A stretch of DNA of 64,000 nt from Candidatus Eiseniibacteriota bacterium (lineage in GTDB: Bacteria > Eisenbacteria > RBG-16-71-46), in assembly GCA_963725865.1 (NCBI GenBank), contig CAVSAC010000012.1:736001-800000 (forward strand), read 5' to 3'. The notes beneath the pieces were generated by a model, which worked only from the letters and a program-made list of their open reading frames with translations, did not search any database and was not told where the DNA came from. Made by a program: the position numbers and the translations under genes. Shown one piece after another: positions 48,675 to 57,925 of the stretch (position 1 is its first letter; each line of letters begins with the position of its first letter).

Positions 48675-50324
48675 CTGGGGATCTTCTCGGCCCTGTTCAA
48701 GTGGGGCCACAATCGTCACTACAACCGCGGCATGGTGCACTTCAACCGCGGTGAGTTCGAGCGCGCCGCGGAGGCCTTCGAGCAGGCGCTGGCCGAGGTG
48801 CGCGATCCGGCCGACCCCGACCAGAGCCTGGCGCGCTGCTACGCCGCCGAGGCGCGCGCCCAGCTGGGGCTGGCGTTCTTCCACGCCGGACAGTACGCGC
48901 GCGCCGAAGAGCAATTCGACCGGGCGCTCGACGAAAACCCCACGTTCCCCGACCTGCGCTACTACCGCGCGCGCATCTACGAGCGCTCGGGCCGCATCGA
49001 CGAGGCGCTCGCGGACCTCGAGCGCTCGCTGAGCGAGCACCCTCGCTATCTCGAGGCGCACCTGCTGGAGGCGGTTTGCCGCAGCCACCAGCGCGACTCC
49101 GCCGGCGCGCAGGCGGCGCTCCAGCGCGCGCTCGAGCTGGGGTTCGCGCCCCCGCCCGGGCTCGCGCCGGCGGGCGCGGCGGACTGGGGCGGCGCCGAAT
49201 GGCAGCGACTGCTGCCGCCGACCCGCATGGGAACCCGCAAGGCGCCGCCGCCGGTCGAGCACGCGCTCGAGCTCTATCACGCCGGGGATCTCGCGGGCGC
49301 GATCGCCGAGCTGACGGGAGCGGTCGAGGCGGAGCCCTCGTACGCCGACCTGCGCTGCCGGCTCGGCGGACTGCTGCTGGAGGCCGGGCGGGTCGAGGAG
49401 GCGCTCACCCACATCGAGGCGGCGCTGCGGATCAATCCCCGCTACCTCGAGGCGCTGCTGCTGGCGGCACGCGCGCGGCTGGAGTACGGCCAGGCCCACG
49501 CGGCGGTGCGCGGACTCGAGGGCGCGGTGGAGGCATTCCCCGACTACCCGGACCTGCACTTCTGGCTCGGGCTCGCGCGCTTCCGCGCCGGCGACCTGGC
49601 GGGCGCGGTGGCGCCGCTCGACCGCGCGGTGGTGCTCCATCGCGAGTTCGCGCGCGCGTGGCGCCTGCTGGGGCTGGTGTACCACGCGCTGGGGCGCGAG
49701 GCCGAAGCGCTGCGCGCCATCCGCCGCGGGCTGGTGCGCGATCGCGAGGTGCCGCGCGCGGCGCTCGAGAGCGCGCCGCTGCTCACCACGCTCGGCGATC
49801 CGGGCGCGGCCGAGGCCGAGCTGCGCCGCGCGGTGGCGGTGCAGGGCGACTACCCGGACCTGCGGGTGGCGCTCGCGCGCGCACTCCACGCGCGCGGGGA
49901 CATCGACGGCGCGCGCGCCGAGTACCGCGAAGCGCTGCGGATCGAGCCGGGCTACGGCGCGGCCGCCCTCGAGCTGGCTCACCTCGAGATCGCGGCCCTC
50001 CGGCCGCAGGCGGCGGAGGAGCTGCTCGTCGACCTGGCGGGGCGGCGGCCGCGCTGGGCCGACGCTCACGCGCTGCTGGGGCGCACGCGGCTGCTGCGCG
50101 GCGACGCCGCCGGCGCCGAGCCCCCGCTGCGCGAGGCGCTCGTGCTGCATCCGGGCTTCGCCGCCGCGCGCGCCGATCTGGGGTGGGCGCTGCTGGCGCT
50201 GGGACGCTCGCAGGCGGCCGACGTGGAGTTCGCCGGGGCGCTCGAGCTGGATCCGCTCCACGCGCTGCCCCGGCAGATGCTCGAGTGGCGCGAGCTGCTC
50301 GATCCCCGGCACCCGCGCGCCTAG
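48675..50324 (+). CDS. Multi-TPR protein (probable CTG start; first ATG at 48732)
   Basis: Repeated TPR units (FPDLRYY, YADLRCRLG, YPDLHFWLG, YPDLRVALA, WADAHALLG); SD GGAGGGGAG upstream of CTG. Confidence 0.85.
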   Translation: MGIFSALFKWGHNRHYNRGMVHFNRGEFERAAEAFEQALAEVRDPADPDQSLARCYAAEARAQLGLAFFHAGQYARAEEQFDRALDENPTFPDLRYYRARIYERSGRIDEALADLERSLSEHPRYLEAHLLEAVCRSHQRDSAGAQAALQRALELGFAPPPGLAPAGAADWGGAEWQRLLPPTRMGTRKAPPPVEHALELYHAGDLAGAIAELTGAVEAEPSYADLRCRLGGLLLEAGRVEEALTHIEAALRINPRYLEALLLAARARLEYGQAHAAVRGLEGAVEAFPDYPDLHFWLGLARFRAGDLAGAVAPLDRAVVLHREFARAWRLLGLVYHALGREAEALRAIRRGLVRDREVPRAALESAPLLTTLGDPGAAEAELRRAVAVQGDYPDLRVALARALHARGDIDGARAEYREALRIEPGYGAAALELAHLEIAALRPQAAEELLVDLAGRRPRWADAHALLGRTRLLRGDAAGAEPPLREALVLHPGFAAARADLGWALLALGRSQAADVEFAGALELDPLHALPRQMLEWRELLDPRHPRA

Positions 50325-50356
50325 GCGGCGCACCGACCCGGCGCGCCGGGAACGCG

Positions 50357-50388
50357 CGAGGCCCCGCGGGCGGACCCACGGGGCCTCG
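50357..50388 (-). terminator. Hairpin between the convergent TPR gene and rpmB
   Basis: Minus strand 14-bp stem CGAGGCCCCGTGGG/CCCGCGGGGCCTCG (one G-U), 4-nt loop, no U-tract. Confidence 0.45.
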
Positions 50389-50412
50389 TCGCCGTCAGGC
50401 GCGGCGTTGCGC

Positions 50413-50631
50413 TCAGGTCGTCTCGATGACGTGCGAGCGGCGCACGGCCTTCTCGACCTTGCCGGAGCGCAGGCAGCGCGTGCACACGTCGATGTTGCGC
50501 ACCCGGCCCTCCACCTTGGCGCGGACTCGCTGGAGGTTGGGATTCCAGGTCCGCTTGGTGAGATTGTGAGCGTGGCTCACGTTGTTCCCCGACATCGTTC
50601 CCTTGCCGCAGATATGACAGCGCTGAGCCAA
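50413..50631 (-). CDS. rpmB: 50S ribosomal protein L28 (Zn-binding form)
   Basis: TTG start after AAGGAGG; CHICGKGTMSGNNVSHAHNLTKRTWNPNLQ..VCTRCLRS. Confidence 0.96.
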   Translation of the reverse strand: MAQRCHICGKGTMSGNNVSHAHNLTKRTWNPNLQRVRAKVEGRVRNIDVCTRCLRSGKVEKAVRRSHVIETT

Positions 50632-50700
50632 CGGATACCTCCTTGCCGGGCCGCGGGCAGGGCCGCCCGGGCGAGATGACCAGGTTCGAAATGGCGACGG

Positions 50701-50730
50701 AAGATAGCAGTCCCGGAGCCGCTCTGTAAA
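50701..50730 (-). promoter_or_regulatory. sigma70-type promoter of rpmB
   Basis: Minus strand TTTACA-N18-TATCTT with extended TG. Confidence 0.6.
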
Positions 50731-50794
50731 GGTGGGGCCGTCCGCCGCCCGACGTGGCGCGCGCGGGTCCGGAGGCCGTACGCTGCCGCCCGAC

Positions 50795-52894
50795 ATGCCG
50801 ATTCCGACCCGTCCCGCTCCGCCCCTCGAGGGCGCCTCGCGCGTGCAGTTCGTGCACGGCGTCGGACCGCAGCGCGCCCTGCTGTTCGAACGCCTCGGCA
50901 TCGTCACCGTGGACCACCTGCTGCGCCACTACCCGCGCACCTATCTCGACGCGCGACGCTTCGTGCGGATCGGCGACCTGCAGCCCGGCGCGCTGGTCAC
51001 CGTCCAGGGCGTGATCCGCACCGGGGCCGCGCTGCGCACCCGCGGTGGCCGCACCGACTTCAGCGCCACCGTCGAGGATGGCTCGGGGGTGCTGGGGTGC
51101 TACTTCTTCGGCCAGGGCTTCCTCGCCCGCACGCTGCGCCCGGGCACTCCGGTGGTGATCAGCGGCGAGCTCGATCCGCTCGACCGGCGCATGTCGAACC
51201 CCATGTTCGAGGTCACCGATGGCGAGGTGGGGGAGCTGCTGCACGTCGGGCGACTGGTCCCGGTGCATGCGCTCACCAAGGGACTCAGCGGCCGGCTGAT
51301 GCGGCGCGCGGTGCGCGACGCGCTCGAGCGCGCGGCGGAGCGGCTGATCGATCCGCTGCCGCCTGCGGTGCGCAACGCGCACTCGCTGGTGCCGCTGGGC
51401 GAGGCGCTGCGCCAGATCCACTTTCCCGGCGACGATGCCGCCCACGCCTCCGCGCGCCGGCGGCTCGCGTTCGAGGAGCTGTTCCAGCTCCAGACGGTGC
51501 TCGAACTGCGCCGGCGGGCGCTGGCGGAGGAAGGGCGCGGACTGGCGACCGCGGGGCCCGGCGCGCTGCTCGCGCGCGCGCGCGCAGCGCTCCCGTTCGA
51601 GCTGACGACGGGCCAGGGCGTGGCGCTGGAGGAGATCGCGAGCGACATGCGGGCCGGCCAGCCGATGCACCGGATGCTGCAGGGTGACGTGGGCAGCGGC
51701 AAGACGATCGTGGCGTTCCTCGCCGCGCTGCTGGCGATCGAGGCGGGATTCCAGGTCGCATTCATGGCCCCCACCGAGATCCTCGCGCGCCAGCACGCGG
51801 GCAACCTCGCGCGGCTCGCCGAGCCGCTCGGTGTCGCGGTGGCGGCGCTCACCGGCGCCACCTCCGCCGCCGAGCGCCGGGCGCTGGCCGCGCGACTGGA
51901 AGCGGGCGAGCCCCTGCTGGTGCTGGGCACCCACGCCCTGCTCGAGGAGAAGGTGCGGATGCCGCGGCTGGCGCTCGCGATCGTGGACGAGCAGCATCGC
52001 TTCGGCGTGCGCCAGCGCGCGGTGCTCGCGCAGAAGGCGGTGATCCCCGACGTGCTGGTGCTGACCGCCACCCCGATCCCGCGCACGCTCATGCTGGCGC
52101 TCTACGGCGACCTCGACGTGAGCACGCTGCGCGAGCGCCCGGCGGGACGCGGCCGGCTGGTGACGCGGGTGACCGGAGACGAGCGGTTCCCGCAGGTGCT
52201 CGACTTCATGGCGCAGGAGCTGCGCAAGGGCCGCCAGGCGTTCGTGGTGGTGCCGCTGATCGAGGACGGCGGGCGCGCCGAGACGCGCGCCGCCGAACAG
52301 GAGTACGAGCGCCTGCGGGCGTATCCGGCGCTGCGCGACTTCTCGGTCGGCCTGCTGCACGGGCGCCTCAAGGCCGACGCCAAGCAGGCGGTGATGCGCG
52401 AGTTCGTGGCGGGCTCGGTGCAACTGCTGGTCACCACCACCGTCATCGAGGTGGGGGTGGACGTGCCCAACGCGACCCTCATGGTGGTCGAGAACGCCGA
52501 CCGCTTCGGGCTCACGCAGCTCCACCAGCTGCGCGGGCGGGTCGGACGCGGCGAACACCGCTCGGTGTGCGTGCTGGTGGCCGCGCCCGGCGCCGGCGCG
52601 GTGGGGCGCGAGCGACTCGCGGTGATGGCGAGCACCGACGATGGGTTCGCGATCGCCGAGGCGGACCTGCGCCTGCGCGGTCCGGGCGAGCTGTGGGGCA
52701 CCCGGCAGAGCGGGCTGCCGCGACTGCGGGTCGCGGACCTCGCGCGCGACGGGGCACTGCTCGAGGAGGCGCGCGTGGCCGCTCAGGCGCTGGTGGCCGC
52801 CGACCCGTGGCTGCAGCAGGCGGCGCATGCGCCGTTGCGCGCCACGCTGCTCGAGCACTACCGCGAGCCGCTCGAGCTCGCGCTGGCTGGCTGA
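50795..52894 (+). CDS. recG: ATP-dependent DNA helicase RecG
   Basis: QGDVGSGKT, MAPTEILA.QH, DEQHRFGV.QR, TATPIPRT, RFGLTQLHQLRGRVGRG, DLRLRGPGE. Confidence 0.96.
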   Translation: MPIPTRPAPPLEGASRVQFVHGVGPQRALLFERLGIVTVDHLLRHYPRTYLDARRFVRIGDLQPGALVTVQGVIRTGAALRTRGGRTDFSATVEDGSGVLGCYFFGQGFLARTLRPGTPVVISGELDPLDRRMSNPMFEVTDGEVGELLHVGRLVPVHALTKGLSGRLMRRAVRDALERAAERLIDPLPPAVRNAHSLVPLGEALRQIHFPGDDAAHASARRRLAFEELFQLQTVLELRRRALAEEGRGLATAGPGALLARARAALPFELTTGQGVALEEIASDMRAGQPMHRMLQGDVGSGKTIVAFLAALLAIEAGFQVAFMAPTEILARQHAGNLARLAEPLGVAVAALTGATSAAERRALAARLEAGEPLLVLGTHALLEEKVRMPRLALAIVDEQHRFGVRQRAVLAQKAVIPDVLVLTATPIPRTLMLALYGDLDVSTLRERPAGRGRLVTRVTGDERFPQVLDFMAQELRKGRQAFVVVPLIEDGGRAETRAAEQEYERLRAYPALRDFSVGLLHGRLKADAKQAVMREFVAGSVQLLVTTTVIEVGVDVPNATLMVVENADRFGLTQLHQLRGRVGRGEHRSVCVLVAAPGAGAVGRERLAVMASTDDGFAIAEADLRLRGPGELWGTRQSGLPRLRVADLARDGALLEEARVAAQALVAADPWLQQAAHAPLRATLLEHYREPLELALAG

Positions 52895-52953
52895 GCAGGG
52901 GCACTGCGGGGTACCGCTCGGGCCCCGTCCATGGCATGATGCGCCTCACCAGC

Positions 52954-53400
52954 ATGTCGATCACCGTCCGCTGCCCGCACTGCGCCACCGACTATCTGCT
53001 GCCCGAGGCCCTGCTGGGTCCCGGTGGGGCCCGCGTGCGCTGTCCCTCCTGTCAGAAGCGCTTCGCTGTCACCCGTGATGGCAGCGTCGTGCCCGGCTCC
53101 GGCCCCACCGCCGCGGCGCCGGGCGGAACACCCGCCCCCGTGACCGAAGGGACCGAGGGCTCGCGTGAGGAGCGCATCGCCAGCATGGTGCTCGACGAGC
53201 TGGCGGCGCATCGCGGGCGCGCGATCGAGGATGCCGTGGCGCGCGGGCGTCCGTTCGCCGAGCACGGCCCGGCGCTGCTCGAGGCGTGGGACGAGTACCG
53301 TCGTCGCGCCGGCAAGACCGCCGATCCGGCGCCCTTCCGCGCCGCGCTGCGCGCGCGCTGGGGCATCGACCTGCCGGGCGAGGGCGCGAACCGCGAGTGA
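52954..53400 (+). CDS. MJ0042-type zinc-ribbon protein with a helical C-terminal domain (possibly RomX-like)
   Basis: CPHCATDY..GARVRCPSCQKRF; Pro/Ala linker; helical tail. Confidence 0.82.
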   Translation: MSITVRCPHCATDYLLPEALLGPGGARVRCPSCQKRFAVTRDGSVVPGSGPTAAAPGGTPAPVTEGTEGSREERIASMVLDELAAHRGRAIEDAVARGRPFAEHGPALLEAWDEYRRRAGKTADPAPFRAALRARWGIDLPGEGANRE

Positions 53401-53426
53401 GGGCCCGGCGCGCCGCGGTCGCGCCG

Positions 53427-54713
53427 TCAGGGCGCCGCGGAGCCGTCCGAGTGCGTCTCGATCTGCATCAGCTCGGGATGCCGACGGCCCCACGCGAGCG
53501 CCAGCGCGCCGGCCACACCCACCACGACCGCGCAGGTGAGGATCGCGCTCGAGGTTCCCCACGAGCGCGTCACCCACGCGGCGACGGTCGAGCCCACGAG
53601 CAGCAGCAGGCGCATCAGGAAATCGCGCAGGCTGAAGACGCGCGCCCGCTGGCGCAATTCGGTGCCCTGCTGCAGCAGCGTCTCGCTCAGCATGAAGGTC
53701 GGTGCGGCCGCGAAGCCGATCACGAACCCGGTCACGGCGAACAGCGCGAACACCCGCACGAATGCGAACGCCGCGAGCGCGAGCCCCGCGAGCATCAGGC
53801 CGCAGCCGAGCAGCAGCGGGCGCGGGAACGCGCGGCCGTAGCGGTTCACCCACCAGGTGCCGAGCCCGCTCCCCACGCCGAACGCCGCCAGCAGGACGCC
53901 CAGTCGTTCCATCCCGGGTACGCTCGCCACGTGCTGGATGTGCTGGTTCCCGGCCACGTGCAGGAACCCGCCGCCGACCCATACGGCGGCGAGCGCCATC
54001 AGCGCGAGCGCGACCATGCGGCTGCGCCTCAGCACCGCGAGGCCCTCGCCGACCTCGGCGAGATAGCCGCTCCACGTGATGGGCGGGCGCGCCGCCTGGT
54101 GGGTCGTCGAGCGGTAACGGATCAGCGCGAGCATGACCACCGACCACAGGTAGGTCGCCGCGTTGACCCACAGCGCCGTCCGCCAGCCCCAGTGGTCGAT
54201 CATCCAGCCTCCCGCCAGCGCGCCGATCGCGGTCGAGGCGATGCCGGCGCCCGACAGCAGCGCGTTCGCCGCCAGCAGCTGATCGGCGGGCACGATCTCG
54301 GGCGTGATCGAGCTCTTCGCGGGCAGGAACACGACGTTGCAGGCGAACAGCAGGAAGACCAGCACGTAGACCGGCAGCGTGTGATGGAACGCCAGGTAGC
54401 CGAGCGGGATCCCGGCCACGATCACCGCCCGCAGCGCGTCCGAGACCACCATCACGTGCTTGAGGTTCGAGCGATCCACCCACGCGCCCGTGAACGGGGC
54501 GAACAGCAGCACCGGCGCCACCATGACGTTCGCGAGCATCGAGAGCAGCCACGAGGAGCGCGTGTCGGCGAAGTGCGCGGTGTGCTCGGCGAGCAGGCCG
54601 ATCAACGCGAGGTAGGTGAGTCGCTCGCCGAGGATCGAAATCAGCTGCCCCCACCAGAGCAGCGCAAAATCGCGCTGGGCGAGCAGGGGGCGGGTGTGCG
54701 GCGCGTCGGCCAC
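53427..54713 (-). CDS. MFS transporter (DHA3/LplT-like)
   Basis: About 12 TM; DFALLWWGQLISILGE, GAWVDRSNLK, FLPAKSSITPEIV..LLAANALL, RARVFS. Confidence 0.88.
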   Translation of the reverse strand: MADAPHTRPLLAQRDFALLWWGQLISILGERLTYLALIGLLAEHTAHFADTRSSWLLSMLANVMVAPVLLFAPFTGAWVDRSNLKHVMVVSDALRAVIVAGIPLGYLAFHHTLPVYVLVFLLFACNVVFLPAKSSITPEIVPADQLLAANALLSGAGIASTAIGALAGGWMIDHWGWRTALWVNAATYLWSVVMLALIRYRSTTHQAARPPITWSGYLAEVGEGLAVLRRSRMVALALMALAAVWVGGGFLHVAGNQHIQHVASVPGMERLGVLLAAFGVGSGLGTWWVNRYGRAFPRPLLLGCGLMLAGLALAAFAFVRVFALFAVTGFVIGFAAAPTFMLSETLLQQGTELRQRARVFSLRDFLMRLLLLVGSTVAAWVTRSWGTSSAILTCAVVVGVAGALALAWGRRHPELMQIETHSDGSAAP

Positions 54714-54730
54714 GGGCGCCTCGAGGGGAC

Positions 54731-55876
54731 TCAGGCCGCGACCGGCGCCGGGCCGTGGCGGTGCGCGATCGCGTCGCGGTACAGCGCCTCGATGCGATCG
54801 GTCACCCGGGGCCACGCGAACTCGAACGCACGGGCGCGACCGCGCGCCGCGAGCGCGGCGCGGCGCTCGGGGTCCTGCACGAGCGCGACGAGGGCGGCGG
54901 CGAGCGCCTCGCGGTCGCCGGGCGGGAACACCACGCCGTTCTCGTCGGGGATCACCACCGAACGGTAGCCGGGGATGTCCGACGCCAGCACGGTGCGGCC
55001 CGCGGCCATCGCCTCGACCAGCACGATCCCGAACGACTCGTTGCCGGAGGCCGGCGAGACGAAGATGTCCCCGGTGGCGTACCAGCGGGGCAGGTCCGCG
55101 GCCGGCACGTGGCCGAAGAAGCGGACGTGGTCCCTCAGCGCCGCCGGTACCGCGGCCTCGTACTTCGACCGCAGGTAGGAGTCGCCCACCACCAGCAATC
55201 GCGCCCGGCCCGCGGTGCGGCGCACCACCTCGGGCATCGCATCGAGCAGCAGGTGGACGCCCTTGCGCGGATCCAGCCGACCCACGAACAGAACGTTCAC
55301 GCGCGCCGGGTCGCGCCACGCCTCGAACGGCGCCACTCCCGGATGGAAGCGGTCGGTGTCCACCCCGTTGGGGATGATGTGGTAGGTCCCCGGGAAGTAG
55401 CGCGCCGCGTACTCGCGCGCCGTCTCGGACACCGCGATGCGGGCGTCGAGGCGCTGCAGGCGGTGTTCGAGCGGCCTGCGGAAGAGCTCCAGCAGCCGGC
55501 TCGGCCCGCCGGTGGTGTGGAAGGTACCCACCTGCGGACACTCCGCGGTCTCGATCGCGATCAGCGGCAGGGTGGGGACGAGCGGCGCGTGGGTGTGCAG
55601 GACGTCGAAGCGATGGCGGCGCAGCAGGCCGCGCAGCTGGCTGCGCAGGCGGATGCCGACCGCGAGATCGACGAAGGCGCCGTTGAAGGGGATGAGCAGG
55701 TTGTAGCCGATGCGCTCGACATCGGGAAGTCGCTCGACCGCGCCGCCGCGGAAACGGCTCGTGATGATGGTCACGTCGTGGCCGCGACGCCGCAGCTCGA
55801 CGGCGGTGTGGTGGACGTGTTCGGTGACGCCGCCGAATCGCGGGTAGTACGACTGGCTGACGATCCCGATCTTCAC
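54731..55876 (-). CDS. PimA-like GT4 glycolipid mannosyltransferase
   Basis: GGVTEHV, IPFNG, FDVLHTH.P, GTFHT, RIAVS, IPNGVD, GRLDPRKG, ESFGIVLVEAMAAG, collinear with mycobacterial PimA motifs. Confidence 0.82.
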   Translation of the reverse strand: MKIGIVSQSYYPRFGGVTEHVHHTAVELRRRGHDVTIITSRFRGGAVERLPDVERIGYNLLIPFNGAFVDLAVGIRLRSQLRGLLRRHRFDVLHTHAPLVPTLPLIAIETAECPQVGTFHTTGGPSRLLELFRRPLEHRLQRLDARIAVSETAREYAARYFPGTYHIIPNGVDTDRFHPGVAPFEAWRDPARVNVLFVGRLDPRKGVHLLLDAMPEVVRRTAGRARLLVVGDSYLRSKYEAAVPAALRDHVRFFGHVPAADLPRWYATGDIFVSPASGNESFGIVLVEAMAAGRTVLASDIPGYRSVVIPDENGVVFPPGDREALAAALVALVQDPERRAALAARGRARAFEFAWPRVTDRIEALYRDAIAHRHGPAPVAA

Positions 55877-56766
55877 GCTTCGACGCCGCGCGTCGCCCCC
55901 GCGGGCTCCGTCTGCGGGCTGGGTGCCGGATCCCAGAGCGGACGGAAGATGCACCACTGATCGAGGTGCTCGCGGATGTGACGCTCGGTGACAGTCGCGA
56001 CCGCCTGATTCAGCGCGGCGGTCGTCGGGAAGGCGGCGGGATCGAGCGGCGGCTCCATCACGATGCGGAAGCGGCCGGGGCCGAGGCGTTCGCAGTAGCC
56101 GCTGATGAGCAGCGCGCCGGTGCGCTGCGCCAGCACGCCCGGTCCGGACGGGAAGCTGGTCTCGCGGCCGAACCATTCGACGGTGCTGCCGTGGCTGTAG
56201 ATGTCGCCGTCCACCATGAGCGCGACGAGGTCGTTGTGCTCCAGGGCGCGCAGCAGCTTGCGGAAGCCGTCCTCGGGCGACACCGTGCGGATGGCCAGCT
56301 CGCGCTTGGTCTCGCGCACCGCTGGCGACAGCCAGCGGCTGAGCTGGACCCCGGCCACCGCATGCAGCGAGTAGCCCCAGTGTGCCAGCACCACGGCGGC
56401 CAGCTCCCAGTTGCCGATGTGGCAGCAGGTGAGGATCACGCCGCGGCCGCGCGCGACCGCCTGTTCGAGATGCTCGCGCCCGATCACCTCGACCGATCCC
56501 AGCAGCTCCGCGCGGGTCAGGTGGGGAAGCCGGAAGAACTCGAACATCATGCGGTTGTAGTTGCGCATCATCTTGCGCACGACCTGGAGACGCTCGCGCC
56601 GGGTGGCGCGCGGCATCATGTTGGCGAGATTCGACAGCGCGGCATGGCGGCGCGAGGGGAAGCACCGGAGGTGGAGATCCGTGGCGAGGTCGGCCACCAG
56701 GTAGCCGAGCCACAGCGGAAGGCTGGAGACGATCCCCGTCAGCCAGCCGTAGAGAAGTCTCGACAT
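55873..56766 (-). CDS. LpxL/PatA-family lipid acyltransferase
   Basis: GREHLEQAVARGRGVILTCCHIGNWE (Hx4D/E), VEWFG, GPGVLAQRTGA, IREHLDQW; SD GGAG. Confidence 0.88.
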   Translation of the reverse strand: MSRLLYGWLTGIVSSLPLWLGYLVADLATDLHLRCFPSRRHAALSNLANMMPRATRRERLQVVRKMMRNYNRMMFEFFRLPHLTRAELLGSVEVIGREHLEQAVARGRGVILTCCHIGNWELAAVVLAHWGYSLHAVAGVQLSRWLSPAVRETKRELAIRTVSPEDGFRKLLRALEHNDLVALMVDGDIYSHGSTVEWFGRETSFPSGPGVLAQRTGALLISGYCERLGPGRFRIVMEPPLDPAAFPTTAALNQAVATVTERHIREHLDQWCIFRPLWDPAPSPQTEPAGATRGVEA

Positions 56767-56820
56767 CCGATGCTCCATTCCATGGAAGGGACCGCCGGGG
56801 GGCTGATGAGACTCGCAGCG

Positions 56821-56850
56821 AACCTACGGGCTCGCCCGAACGACTGTCAA
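56821..56850 (-). promoter_or_regulatory. sigma70-type promoter of the acyltransferase-GT4-MFS operon
   Basis: Minus strand TTGACA-N18-TAGGTT. Confidence 0.6.
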
Positions 56851-56940
56851 GACATCGCCGGCCGGCCAGGTGCTGGCGCCGAGGCCCGCTCGCGACCGAG
56901 GATCGCACGTCGCGTTCAAGCGCGCCCGCAACTTGAGCGA

Positions 56941-56969
56941 TTGACCATGGTTCGGGTGGGCGCTAGCAT
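56941..56969 (+). promoter_or_regulatory. sigma70-type promoter of the 57080 gene
   Basis: TTGACC-N17-TAGCAT. Confidence 0.6.
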
Positions 56970-57079
56970 GCGGTCCGTGGTCCATTCGCAGCGGGAGGAA
57001 TGGGTGACCCCCCACGCATGAGTCACCCGGTGCCCGGCCCCTCCGTGTTCAAGGATCGAACGTCCTGGAGGAATCGGAG

Positions 57080-57502
57080 ATGCCCAGTCAGAAACTGGTG
57101 CGGTGCGAGATCCGTCGTCGCGGGAGCACCGGTCCTGATTCTGTGCGCTTCATCCCGCTCGAGATCTTCGGACTCTGGGAGTACCTGATGTCCTCGCGCC
57201 ACGATTTCGAGGTGGTGAAACCCGTCGCCTCGTTGTGGCTGGACATGGAGGACTCACCTGAGGCGGCGTACGACCAGGACCAGTACGACCGCGTCACCGA
57301 GGTGACCGCGTTCGTGTACTCGGGTCGGGATGACATGTTCACCCGGGCCTGCCGCTACTTCCGGTCCGAGGAGTCCGAGGATCTCAAGGAGATCTTCCTG
57401 GCCCACTACCGGACCGCCGGCGGGCGGATGCAGCCCCACGTCCGGGAGCGCCAGGGCATCTGGCTCCACCGGGAGGTGCCGGCGCTGGCGGACGGGTCCT
57501 AG
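57080..57502 (+). CDS. Hypothetical cytoplasmic protein (140 aa)
   Basis: SD GGAGG, GC3-biased codons, globular composition, upstream promoter. Confidence 0.8.
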   Translation: MPSQKLVRCEIRRRGSTGPDSVRFIPLEIFGLWEYLMSSRHDFEVVKPVASLWLDMEDSPEAAYDQDQYDRVTEVTAFVYSGRDDMFTRACRYFRSEESEDLKEIFLAHYRTAGGRMQPHVRERQGIWLHREVPALADGS

Positions 57503-57646
57503 CCGCACCGCCGCCCGAACCGGCCCCACCGGGCCGGAGGAGCCCGCCGCGCCCGCGGCCATCGCAGGGATCATCCTCGGCCCGCCCACCCCACGGCGGG
57601 CCTCGACATTCCCGTCCCAGGGCCGCGCCCAGCCCTCCGGATCGCG

Positions 57647-57675
57647 CTCAAGGTCGGTCGCCAGCAGGCCGATAG
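57647..57675 (+). promoter_or_regulatory. sigma28 (FliA/SigD/WhiG)-type promoter upstream of mglA
   Basis: CTCAAG-N15-GCCGATAG. Confidence 0.75.
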
Positions 57676-57925
57676 ACTCTCCGACAGCAGGCGACCGGCA
57701 CAGTGCCGGCCGTCGCGGCCGTGACTCGCGTCCGATCTCCGCCGAGGCGGTAACGAGAGTCGCGACCCCATCCGGTGCGCGTCGGCCCGTCCGGGCACCG
57801 TGCGAGAGCACCGGAAACGTGGATGGTTCACCGCACCCTCAAGGTTCCTGTGGAGAAAGGGCGGCAAGGGGCTCCATGGGGGGTTGCCTTGTGAAAGGGT
57901 GGGGTCGCACAAGGAGGGATCGACC

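Noticed and set aside
56916..56943. TCAAG-N15-AGCGATTG, a possible fourth sigma28 promoter
   Set aside because: The -10 has three mismatches and a good sigma70 promoter overlaps it.
57860..57915. GGCAA..GAAAGGGTGGGGTCGCACAAGG loosely resembles a c-di-GMP-I (GEMM) riboswitch
   Set aside because: The P2 pairing around GAAA and the downstream P3 are missing; it is better explained as an anti-SD helix.
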